Shown in pieces: positions 38,276 to 46,193 of a stretch of DNA of 53,962 nucleotides. Both the position numbers and the translations under genes were made by a program. Within the stretch, counting starts at the first letter, position 1. Each line of letters begins with the position of its first letter. The stretch is from Deltaproteobacteria bacterium (GTDB taxonomy: Bacteria > Desulfobacterota > Desulfobulbia > Desulfobulbales > S012-135). The stretch spans positions 1-53,962 of the forward strand of contig WFOD01000015.1 of NCBI GenBank assembly GCA_015488275.1. The letters are read 5' to 3'. The notes beneath the pieces are model-generated. The model searched no databases. It was not told where the DNA came from and saw nothing but the letters and a program-made list of their open reading frames with translations.

Positions 38276-39306
38276 TGCTCTCCTTTCTCACCATCTACCG
38301 CAAGCTCTATCCCAGCTTACGCGAACATCGCAAGGTCGAGGCAACAATCGGCGCCCTTCTCGGCGAGACCCTGGAGGAACGGTTCATCGGCCCGCCACCG
38401 GGCCGGAGCAATCCGTTGCGTTATGCGCAAAAAAACTTCTTTTCCATCCTTTTTCTCGCCATCTACCAGGCGATCGGCATCCCTGGGAAGCGGCGGCTCT
38501 TCTACGGCTGCCTCAACCACTGCCTGCGCGGCATCGTCACCGGTGCCGACAACCTGTTGGACAACGAATACAAAGAGATGTTGCCGCTCGCCTTTCCCGC
38601 AACAGCCACCAAGTTCAAGAGCGTGATGCACATCATGCTCTTTGACCGTTTCCTGCACAAACTCGCAGGCCGCATGGCCGACTTCGGCCTTGCCGGTGAC
38701 AGCGAACTGCTGCAAGACGCCCTCTTCCGCGCCATAGTTCCCATTGGCGCGGAAGAAGCCAGCGAAGAGGGCGGGGTAGCCACCATTCTGCCGCCAGAAA
38801 AGATTCTCTCCTCGGTCCACATGTATAAAGGGGGCCGTCTGCTCTGCCTTGCCTTTGTCGCGCCGCGTCTGTTGGAGTCTGAGCTCGCCGCTCCCCTGGC
38901 GATAGCGGAAAAAGGGGTGTACGATATCGGCATGGCCCTGCAGATGATCGACGACCTCACCGATTTTTACGAAGACCTGCGAGCAGGCAACCATAACTAT
39001 CTCGTATCAACAATCGCCCATCGGGGAGGAGAAAAGGAGCGCGCCTTTCTCGAGCGGGCGCGGGAGCGCGGCAGCGGGCCTGCGGTGGAAGAAGGCTGCG
39101 CCGCGTCTGTTGCCGCGGTAGTGGCCGAAGCGGTGGGCGAGGCGTTGACCGGCTTCGCCCGCCTGGAAGAAGCGGGATTCTGGCTCGAGCAAAAGCAGGC
39201 CTTGGGCCTTATCCGCCAGCTCTTCGTGCTGCGCGGCGTGCAGCGGCTGCTCCCCTTTTTCCCAAATCCCGACCATCCGGCCCTCCACCATGCCCATGTC
39301 CTGTGA
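38275..39306 (+). CDS. Class I isoprenoid-synthase-fold protein (squalene/phytoene synthase- or polyprenyl synthetase-like) with degenerate first Asp-rich motif
   Basis: ALQMIDDLTDFYEDLRAGNHNYL resembles the AFQLxNxLRDxxEDxxxGRxYLP second motif. FYGCLNHC..GADNLLDNE occupies the place of the first DDxxD motif. Confidence 0.6.
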   Translation: MLSFLTIYRKLYPSLREHRKVEATIGALLGETLEERFIGPPPGRSNPLRYAQKNFFSILFLAIYQAIGIPGKRRLFYGCLNHCLRGIVTGADNLLDNEYKEMLPLAFPATATKFKSVMHIMLFDRFLHKLAGRMADFGLAGDSELLQDALFRAIVPIGAEEASEEGGVATILPPEKILSSVHMYKGGRLLCLAFVAPRLLESELAAPLAIAEKGVYDIGMALQMIDDLTDFYEDLRAGNHNYLVSTIAHRGGEKERAFLERARERGSGPAVEEGCAASVAAVVAEAVGEALTGFARLEEAGFWLEQKQALGLIRQLFVLRGVQRLLPFFPNPDHPALHHAHVL

Positions 39307-39949
39307 CCCCATTGCCACCCGCGGCCGCCACCTGAACCACGTGGCCTGGCTGTACGATCCGCTGGTGGAGAAGCTTTCCTTTGGCCGGGAGGAACGGTTC
39401 CGGGAAAAGACCTTGGCCTGGATGGCCCTGCGGCCAGGACAACGGGTCCTGGACGTGGGCTGCGGCACGGGCAGCCTGACCCTGCGTATCGCCGAACATC
39501 TGGCGGGAACAGGCGAGGTGTGGGGCATCGACGCCGCGCCACGCATGATCGCCATCGCCCGCCGCAAGGCGGCCAAACGGGGGGTTGCGGCGCAGTTCGC
39601 CGCCCAGGTGGCCGAACGCCTCCGGTTTGCCGACGCTACCTTTGATGTGGCGGTGAACTCGATGTTCACCCATCACGTGGATCGTGAGCTCAAGCTGGCG
39701 GCCTTTTGCGAGATGCGCCGGGTCCTGCGATCCGGCGGCCTGTTGGTGACCGCAGACCTCCACCGGCCTCGGCGCCGCTGGGCTTGGCTCCTCGGCTGGA
39801 CGAGCCGCTGGCTGCTCCGCCAACCTGAACTGGAGGACAACCTGCAAGGCCGGCTGCCCGCCATCATGGCCAAAGCGGGCTTCACCGATATCGTGGAGCG
39901 TGAGCAGGTTTACGGCCTTGTATCATTCTTCACCGCGCGAAAACGATAA
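39290..39949 (+). CDS. Class I SAM-dependent methyltransferase (UbiE/Methyltransf_11-like)
   Basis: Motif I VLDVGCGTG is present, with GGLLV post-motif II. It overlaps the upstream gene by 17 nt. Confidence 0.8.
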   Translation: MPMSCDPIATRGRHLNHVAWLYDPLVEKLSFGREERFREKTLAWMALRPGQRVLDVGCGTGSLTLRIAEHLAGTGEVWGIDAAPRMIAIARRKAAKRGVAAQFAAQVAERLRFADATFDVAVNSMFTHHVDRELKLAAFCEMRRVLRSGGLLVTADLHRPRRRWAWLLGWTSRWLLRQPELEDNLQGRLPAIMAKAGFTDIVEREQVYGLVSFFTARKR

Positions 39950-39958
39950 TCCACGGCC

Positions 39959-41185
39959 ATGCGCCTTTTTTTGCTCTACTGCACCATTGCCCTGCGCAAC
40001 ATCCGCCGCCACCGCCGCCGCTCGGCGCTGACCATCGGCGCGGTGGCCTTTGGCATTTTCTGCCTGGTGCTCTTCCAAGCCCTCAAACAAGGACTGCACG
40101 CCAAGATGATCGCAAGCTCCCTTGGCCTCGACCTTGGAGTGGCGCAGGTACACGCCGCGGGCTACGAGCCCAATATGGCCGTGCTCCATTCCATTCCCGC
40201 ACCGGAAAAGGCCCTGGCAGCCCTGACCTCCCTGGGCCGGCCGTGGGCCCCACGGCTCAAGACCCCGGCCCTCATCCTGGCCGGCATCCGCAGCTCTTCG
40301 GTGGTGCTCTCTGGAATCGATCCCGCCCGCGAACCAACGGTCACTTTCATCCGCAGCCGATTGACCGCCGGCGCCTATCCCAGCGACGAGGCGTCAAACC
40401 TCCTGATCGGCGATACGCTGGCCCGCACCCTGGACCGCGCCGTGGGCGACACGCTCGACCTCCTTGTGCAGACCAGCTTTGGCCAAACGACCACCGTCCG
40501 CTTTGTTATCGGCGGGATCTACCGTACCGGCCTGGCAAGCTTTGACCGGAGCCACGTGTATTTGCCCATCGCGGCCGTGCGCCATATTCTGGAAACAGAC
40601 GCCAACGCTGTCTCGGAAATCGCCGTGGGCGGTCCGGCAAAAGGCGCCCGCCGCTTGGCCGCAGACCTTGCATCCCGGCTGCCGGACAGCGAATACCAGG
40701 TGCGCTCCTTTCACGAGTTGGCCCCGGATCTCGTGCAGCTCATGGAGTTGAACAACGCCACTTTCGCCCTCTTGGTGGGCATCGTCTTCGCCATCGTGGC
40801 CCTCGGCATCGCCAACACCATGACCACCGTGGTCTTCGAGCGTTTCCGCGAACTCGGCACCCTGGCGGCCTTGGGCACCACCCCGACCGGTATCGTTGGC
40901 CTGATCGTCACCGAGGCGGCGCTGCTCGGCCTGGTGGCTGCCGCGCTCGGCACCTTGGCGGCCACGGCCGCAGGCCTTTATCTCAGCCATGTTGGCGTCG
41001 ATCTCGCCCGCTTCACCTCGGCCAACCAGTACTTTGCCGCCGGCACGGTGCTGCGCGCCGTATTGGAATGGGAGGACGTGGCAGCGGCTAATCTAATCGC
41101 CGTGGGCACGGCCCTGGCCGCTGGCCTGTATCCAGCGATCCGCGCCGCCCGGCTCGACCCGGTGGCCGCACTGCGGGCCATCTGA
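39959..41185 (+). CDS. ABC transporter permease, FtsX/MacB/LolC-type
   Basis: N-terminal IALRNIRRHRRRSALT plus a TM segment, a large periplasmic domain, and three C-terminal TM segments (FtsX fold). Confidence 0.85.
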   Translation: MRLFLLYCTIALRNIRRHRRRSALTIGAVAFGIFCLVLFQALKQGLHAKMIASSLGLDLGVAQVHAAGYEPNMAVLHSIPAPEKALAALTSLGRPWAPRLKTPALILAGIRSSSVVLSGIDPAREPTVTFIRSRLTAGAYPSDEASNLLIGDTLARTLDRAVGDTLDLLVQTSFGQTTTVRFVIGGIYRTGLASFDRSHVYLPIAAVRHILETDANAVSEIAVGGPAKGARRLAADLASRLPDSEYQVRSFHELAPDLVQLMELNNATFALLVGIVFAIVALGIANTMTTVVFERFRELGTLAALGTTPTGIVGLIVTEAALLGLVAAALGTLAATAAGLYLSHVGVDLARFTSANQYFAAGTVLRAVLEWEDVAAANLIAVGTALAAGLYPAIRAARLDPVAALRAI

Positions 41186-41195
41186 TAGCAGCCCG

Positions 41196-41912
41196 GTGAA
41201 AAACGGCATGAACAAGCCCGACACCCCGCCAACAAAGACCATCGTCCTCGAGCGAGTCTGCAAGGTCTACCGCTCGGGCGCAAGCCAAGTGCGTGCCCTG
41301 GACGACTTCTCGTGCACCATCGAGGCCGGCGAGTTCACCTGCCTCGCCGGCCCGTCCGGATCAGGCAAGAGCACGCTTCTCCACCTCATCGGCGGATTGG
41401 ATGTGCCCACCAGCGGCACGGTCCGCGTGGCCGGCCGGGCCACCACCCATCTGGACCGCACCGCCCGGGCCCTGTTCCGCCGAGAGGTAGTAGGCTTTGT
41501 CTTTCAAACCTTCAACTTGATTCCGGTCCTTACGGTAGCGGAAAACGTCGAATATCCGCTCCTTCTAGCCGGGCTCAGCGCTGGAGAGCGGCGGCGGCGC
41601 ATCGCCAAGGTCCTGGCCGACGTCGGCCTGGCCGACCTGGCCGACCGGCCAGCGACCGCGCTCTCCAGCGGCCAGCAGCAGCGGGTGGCCATCGCCCGGG
41701 CCATTGCGCCGCGCCCTCCCGTGATCCTGGCCGACGAACCCACCGCCAACCTGGACTCAACCACAGGGCAAGCGATCATCGATCTGTTCGTTGCCATCAA
41801 CCGGCAGCAGAGCACCACTTTCCTCTTCTCGTCCCACGATCCGCGCATCATCGCCCGCGCCAACCGGGTGCTCTGGCTCGAAGACGGGCGGCTCCGTCCC
41901 TCCCAGGCCTGA
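41196..41912 (+). CDS. ABC transporter ATP-binding protein (MacB/LolD-type)
   Basis: Walker [10 protein letters not shown], signature LSSGQQQR and Walker B ILADEPT. The start is uncertain (GTG 41196 or ATG 41208). Confidence 0.9.
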   Translation: MKNGMNKPDTPPTKTIVLERVCKVYRSGASQVRALDDFSCTIEAGEFTCLAGPSGSGKSTLLHLIGGLDVPTSGTVRVAGRATTHLDRTARALFRREVVGFVFQTFNLIPVLTVAENVEYPLLLAGLSAGERRRRIAKVLADVGLADLADRPATALSSGQQQRVAIARAIAPRPPVILADEPTANLDSTTGQAIIDLFVAINRQQSTTFLFSSHDPRIIARANRVLWLEDGRLRPSQA

Positions 41913-41934
41913 CAGTCCGTTTTTCAACGGCCTG
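41913..41934. repeat. 22-nt hairpin element, copy (cagtccgtttttcaacggcctg)
   Basis: Begins immediately after the ABC ATPase TGA (41910-41912). The 9-bp stem has one mismatch. Confidence 0.8.
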
Positions 41935-41943
41935 GGCGCGCCA

Positions 41944-41976
41944 CAAAAAAACCCGCGCCGAAGCGCGGGCTTTTTT
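41944..41976. terminator. Bidirectional rho-independent terminator
   Basis: AAAAAAA-cccgcgc-cgaa-gcgcggg-c-TTTTTT lies between the convergent ABC ATPase and porin genes. Confidence 0.85.
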
Positions 41977-41996
41977 GTGATCGCTCTAAAGGGCCC

Positions 41997-43430
41997 TTAG
42001 AACTTCAGCTCCAGGCGATGGCGCAGGAAGAAACCGTCTTCCTCGTTGTTGTAAGCCGTAGCATTGTTGGCCCAGGCCTCGCCGGCCCACAGGTAAGCGG
42101 CCTCAACACCATAGACCAGGCCGCCGCCGAGCTTCCAGGTGGCGAACAGCTCAAGCTCGAAGCCGAGGTCGTCGTTCGGGTTGCCAGCCGCCGCCGTTGC
42201 CGCGGCCTCCTCGTTCAGCTTCATGTAGTTGGCCCGCATCTTGAGCGCCAGAGGCTTGCCGGTGAGCGGGCAGGTGGTGGAGGTGGCAGCGGAGAGCTGG
42301 AAGAGCAGCATGTTGGAAAGACCGGTATTCCGGCCGTTGCCACCCACGGCAGCGCTCAGGTTGGCGCCGCCGGCACCCAGGGTCGGGATAGCCTGGCGGT
42401 AGCCCACCATCGTGCTCTGGTAGCGGGTATCGGTGAGGAAGTTGACGAACTGATCGGCGTCGTTGTCGTTGCCATTGTCGTCGCCAGAGCCGTAGCCGAT
42501 GAGGGCGCCGAGCTTCCAGCCGCTCATGTCCATGCCGATCTTGCCCATCAAGGCGTAGCCGCCAGCGTCGTCCAGCTGACCGTCGCCGTTGATGTCAGTG
42601 ATCATGTCGCCGAACTGGAACTCAGCGTCCAGGCCGTAGGTGAAGCCAGCCATCTTGCCGTCCACCGTGATCCCGATGTTGTTGAAGCTGGCGGAGTTGT
42701 TGGCCACACCAGAGGTAGCCTGGGTGACCGCCTGGCCGATGTGGAGGTTGGTCCAGTTGGCGCCGAGCGACAGGCTGTCGGAGACCTTGTGGGTCACCAG
42801 GCCGACGTAGCCGTCGATCTCGTCGGTGTGGGTGGCGCCGGCAACGCCTGCAGGGTTGAGGCCCTCGGCGAACTTGATGACCAGGCCGGCGATATGGGTG
42901 TTGCCCATCTGGGTGTAGGCCACGATGGCGTCGTCGCCCGAGCCGGTGTGGTCGAAGAACAGCTTGTTGCCCAGGGCCAGCGGCATGTGGCCGACCTTGA
43001 CCCCCCAGTCGCCGGGCTTGTAGTTGATCCAGGCCTCGAGGATCTCCAGGCCGTTCATCTTCTCACCGCCGTTGAACAGAGCCGCCGCGCCCGGAGAAGC
43101 GATATTGGTACCCAGGCCCCAGGCCTCGGTGTCGCCGGTGGCCCTGCCATTCTCCAGCCGCAGGTAGCCGGAGACCGCGTCCGAGGTCTGGACCTTGAAG
43201 CCGAGGCGGGCCCGGGTGTCGTAGCCGGCCATGGTGCCATCGGCGTTGGTCTGCAGGGCCCGGGTCAGCGAGAAGCCCCGCATCCGCAGGGAGCCGTCCA
43301 TGGTGATCAGGCCGCCCTTGGCGACCACGGCGGAGGTTTCGGCCGGGGCCTCGACGTGCGCCGCGGAGGCGGCCGTGGCGAAGCCCAAGACCAGGGCGCT
43401 GCAGGCAGCAAGGGAAAGTACTTTCTTCAT
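41997..43430 (-). CDS. Outer-membrane porin (beta-barrel)
   Basis: Signal peptide MKKVLSLAACSALVLGFATAASA, alternating beta-strand pattern, and a C-terminal ..RHRLELKF ending in Phe. Confidence 0.8.
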   Translation of the reverse strand: MKKVLSLAACSALVLGFATAASAAHVEAPAETSAVVAKGGLITMDGSLRMRGFSLTRALQTNADGTMAGYDTRARLGFKVQTSDAVSGYLRLENGRATGDTEAWGLGTNIASPGAAALFNGGEKMNGLEILEAWINYKPGDWGVKVGHMPLALGNKLFFDHTGSGDDAIVAYTQMGNTHIAGLVIKFAEGLNPAGVAGATHTDEIDGYVGLVTHKVSDSLSLGANWTNLHIGQAVTQATSGVANNSASFNNIGITVDGKMAGFTYGLDAEFQFGDMITDINGDGQLDDAGGYALMGKIGMDMSGWKLGALIGYGSGDDNGNDNDADQFVNFLTDTRYQSTMVGYRQAIPTLGAGGANLSAAVGGNGRNTGLSNMLLFQLSAATSTTCPLTGKPLALKMRANYMKLNEEAAATAAAGNPNDDLGFELELFATWKLGGGLVYGVEAAYLWAGEAWANNATAYNNEEDGFFLRHRLELKF

Positions 43431-43516
43431 CTCTCATCTCCTTTCATTTGAGATTTATCGTACCAGGCGGGCATCCCCCGTGGCGCCCGCCATTACCCCC
43501 ATCATAACGGGTAAAA

Positions 43517-44350
43517 TCAAAAATGCATGGTCACCTTGTTGGTGATCAAATAGACCTGATCGATGGTGGCGGCCTGGCCCACGGCCGCACCGTCGACCGG
43601 CCCCTCGGCGGCCGGCGGTTCGTTTCCGTCGGTGGTCATATAGCCGAAATGGGCCTCGTACAGAAGGTTGCCCAGCACGCGGTAGGCGATACCCACGTTG
43701 TACTCCCAGGCCTTTTTCTTCGCATCCCGCTCACCGTCGGCAAGGGCGGCATAGCCCACGGCCCAGTGTACGCCCACCTTGTCGCCCAGGGCAAGATCGC
43801 CGTACAGGCCATAGGTGCGCAGGGGCTGCTCCTCAGCGCCGTTGGCCAGCAGGCTCGCGCCGCTGCGGGGCAGGATGAGCAGCGGCATCCCCTTCTCCCC
43901 GCCGCTCCCAGGATTGGCGTCGTATAGATAAAGCATCCCAAGCCGGGCCGACGAAGTAGCCACGGAGAGGGCGACATCCGTGCGCTCGCCCAACCGGCCA
44001 ACGGACGCCGAGAGATCGGCTCCCGCCAGCGGGCGGAGGGTGACGCCAACCTCGCCCCCCAGGCCCTCCGCCGCCTGGCCGGCAACCGCTGGCGGCCCCA
44101 GCGGGTCTTGCCCGGCCCCAGCGCCAGCCCGGTTCGGACCAAGCCAGAGCACGGCCGCTTTGTCATCCGCGCCCAACAGATCCACCACGCCCAGGACCGT
44201 TGGCGATCCGGCCGGCATCCACGACGGCTCCAGCCGCGGCAAGGCCGGCACAGGCGGCAACAACGCCATCCCGCCCTCGGCCGCCATTGCCGGGGCGGCA
44301 AGAGCCAACAAGACGCTGGCGAGTACGATATTTTTAAGGATCTGGTTCAT
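43517..44350 (-). CDS. Small outer-membrane beta-barrel protein
   Basis: ATG 44350 (MNQILKNIVLASVLLALAAPAMA signal peptide), with C-terminal ..ITNKVTMHF. The 157-aa upstream extension in the track is not credible. Confidence 0.65.
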   Translation of the reverse strand: MNQILKNIVLASVLLALAAPAMAAEGGMALLPPVPALPRLEPSWMPAGSPTVLGVVDLLGADDKAAVLWLGPNRAGAGAGQDPLGPPAVAGQAAEGLGGEVGVTLRPLAGADLSASVGRLGERTDVALSVATSSARLGMLYLYDANPGSGGEKGMPLLILPRSGASLLANGAEEQPLRTYGLYGDLALGDKVGVHWAVGYAALADGERDAKKKAWEYNVGIAYRVLGNLLYEAHFGYMTTDGNEPPAAEGPVDGAAVGQAATIDQVYLITNKVTMHF

Positions 44351-44480
44351 GGGCAATACAGGTTTAAATTTTTGTACTCTCCATTCTATGCCGGAACCCA
44401 GCGGACTTGTCAAGCCTTTTCCCCCATTTTTTTCCGGCCGCGGATTGACGGCTGGCAAAAGACCGGCTAGTAGTAACCGC

Positions 44481-45089
44481 ATGTCCGCTGTTTCCACCAT
44501 CTCCCTCCTCAGGCACGGGATCACGGCCGCCAACATCGGCAAGCGATTCGCCGGCCGCACCGACGAGCCCTTGCACCCCGACGGCGAGGCGGCCATCCGG
44601 ACGCTGGCCGGCGAATTGGCCAAGGGCCGCCACGGCCTGCCGCCAGTGACAGCGGTGATCTGTGGCCCTTTGACCCGCACGCGGCAGACAGCGGCCATCA
44701 TCGCCGAACGGCTGGCCTTGCCCATATTTGAGGAGCCGCGGCTGACCGAAATCGACATCGCCCACTGGGACGGGCTGACAAAGGATGAGATCCGGGCCCG
44801 CTTTGGCGACCAGTATCCCACCTGGCTCGCCGCGCCCGATCGCTTCTACGTGCCCGGCTGCGAGACCATCGCCGACGTGCAGCGCCGGGCCGTGGCCGCC
44901 ATCGAAGACCTTTTTGCCGGACACCAGGGCGGCCATGCGCTGGTCGTGTCGCACCTCATCCCCATTCGCGCCGTCTTGCTGCACTACCTTGGGCTGCCCA
45001 TTGCCCGCTTCCGCTCCATCGAGGTGCCCAACGGCGCCTTACGCACCCTGCAGCGCCAAGAAGACGGCAAAACCACCCTCCTCGCCTGA
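44481..45089 (+). CDS. Histidine phosphatase family protein (phosphoglycerate mutase/CobC-like)
   Basis: LLRHG catalytic motif, FAGRTDEPL, and VVSHLIPIRA (second His). Confidence 0.8.
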   Translation: MSAVSTISLLRHGITAANIGKRFAGRTDEPLHPDGEAAIRTLAGELAKGRHGLPPVTAVICGPLTRTRQTAAIIAERLALPIFEEPRLTEIDIAHWDGLTKDEIRARFGDQYPTWLAAPDRFYVPGCETIADVQRRAVAAIEDLFAGHQGGHALVVSHLIPIRAVLLHYLGLPIARFRSIEVPNGALRTLQRQEDGKTTLLA

Positions 45090-45198
45090 AAAAGGCTCCA
45101 CTCTTTCTCCCAACCGCGGCGGGACGGGCCGGCCACAGCCATAGCAGCCCGGCAAGAAAGATGGTATCGCAAAAAGTCCTCGTGGAGGCGCATCCGGT

Positions 45199-45310
45199 GA
45201 TTTCCGGGAGAAAGCGGTTTGCGGCGGGGCGCGTTAAAAAACTCGCTTGCTTGAGGGCATAGCCCGAGTTTGCGAGTTTTAGCGCCGCGCCGCAAACCGC
45301 TCCGGGAATC
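45199..45310. repeat. 112-nt imperfect inverted repeat (candidate structured RNA or MITE-like element)
   Basis: Left arm gatttccgggagaaagcggtttgcggcggggcgcgttaaaaaactcgc. The reverse complement of the right arm is gattcccggagcggtttgcggcgcggcgctaaaactcgc. The apical region holds a gggc-ata-gccc hairpin. Confidence 0.7.
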
Positions 45311-45350
45311 CCGGTTTAAGCCGGAGGGAGGACTGTTTGCGAGTTCATCA
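45310..45350 (+). repeat. 41-nt conserved intergenic block, copy 2
   Basis: cccggtttaagccggagggaggactgtttgcgagttcatca; compare 37468-37508. Confidence 0.75.
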
Positions 45351-45360
45351 AGAAAAGCCA

Positions 45361-45741
45361 TCAGGCATCACCGGCGGCCAAATCCCGGTGCGTCACCCGC
45401 ACCGCCACGCCGGCCCGGCGCAGCCGGCGGGCCAGTTCCTCGGCTATGGCCACCGAACGGTGACGGCCGCCGGTGCACCCCACCGCCACGTGGCGCTGCG
45501 CCACCACCTTTCCCGTCTCCTGGGCCAGCAAGAACTCCACCAAGGGCACAAGGTGGCGGAGCAGGGCGCCGGCCCGGCCATCGTGAAACACATGGGCCGC
45601 CGTGGCCGGATCCAGCCCGGTGCAGGGACGCAAGGCCTCGATATAGTAAGGGTTGGGCAGGAAGCGGACGTCGAGCACCAGGTCCGCCTCTGGCGGCGGC
45701 GCGTGCTTAAAGCCAAACGAAGAGACCAAAAGGGAGGTCAT
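45361..45741 (-). CDS. RapZ (YhbJ) C-terminal-domain-only protein
   Basis: 126 aa starting MTSLLVSSFGFKH..DVRFLPNPYY..VAVGCTGGRHRSV, which matches only the C-terminal half of RapZ. There is no P-loop domain. The ATG overlaps the ptsN stop (ATGA). Confidence 0.8.
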   Translation of the reverse strand: MTSLLVSSFGFKHAPPPEADLVLDVRFLPNPYYIEALRPCTGLDPATAAHVFHDGRAGALLRHLVPLVEFLLAQETGKVVAQRHVAVGCTGGRHRSVAIAEELARRLRRAGVAVRVTHRDLAAGDA

Positions 45742-46193
45742 GACGCAGCAGGGGCGAGGTGCTCGCCCAGCAGCCGGGCCAGGGCCTCGGCCGTATCGGC
45801 CTGGAGGAGCGCGGCCCGCAGCTCCGCCCGACGCAGCAGGCCGGCAAGGGTGGAGAGCGCGTCGAGATAGGCGCGGCCCGGCTCTTCCGGCGCGAGCAAG
45901 ACGAAAAAGAGGTGGACCGGCCGGTTGTCCACCGCCTCGAAGGGAATCCCCCGCGGGCTGCGGCCAAAAAAGACGACGATTTCAGAAAGGCCGGGCAGTT
46001 TGGCGTGCGGCAAGGCAATGCCGTCGCCAATGCCCGTGGAGCCGAGCTGCTCCCGCCCGATCAGGGCATCGAGCACCGTATCGGCCGCCACCCCCAACTC
46101 GGCCGCCGCTGCCTGGGCCAGCTCGGCCAGCACGTCCCGTTTGCTCTCCGCCTCGAGGGCGGCAATGATCCGGTGGGGGGCGATGCGGTCCAT
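45738..46193 (-). CDS. ptsN: PTS IIA-Ntr nitrogen regulatory protein
   Basis: The GIGDGIALPHAKL active-site His region is present, immediately downstream of rpoN (TGATG overlap). Confidence 0.88.
   Translation of the reverse strand: MDRIAPHRIIAALEAESKRDVLAELAQAAAAELGVAADTVLDALIGREQLGSTGIGDGIALPHAKLPGLSEIVVFFGRSPRGIPFEAVDNRPVHLFFVLLAPEEPGRAYLDALSTLAGLLRRAELRAALLQADTAEALARLLGEHLAPAAS

Noticed and set aside
43517-44821. 434-aa version of the small outer-membrane protein ORF. Similar long N-terminal extensions occur in the track for alaS, rpoN, mnmA, the hydrolase, the gltD-like gene, atpD, sat, argF and the amidase.
   Set aside because: The extensions precede internal ATGs that have good Shine-Dalgarno sequences and canonical N-termini or signal peptides. 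Several would overlap upstream genes. Many track starts are GTG or TTG codons chosen only because they are the first in frame.
45337-45870. 177-aa plus-strand ORF preceded by the strong SD-like GGAGGGAGGA
   Set aside because: It is fully antisense to the rapZ C-terminal-domain and ptsN genes, starts at TTG, and has an Arg/Pro/Gly-rich product without motifs. The SD-like string belongs to a repeated intergenic block.
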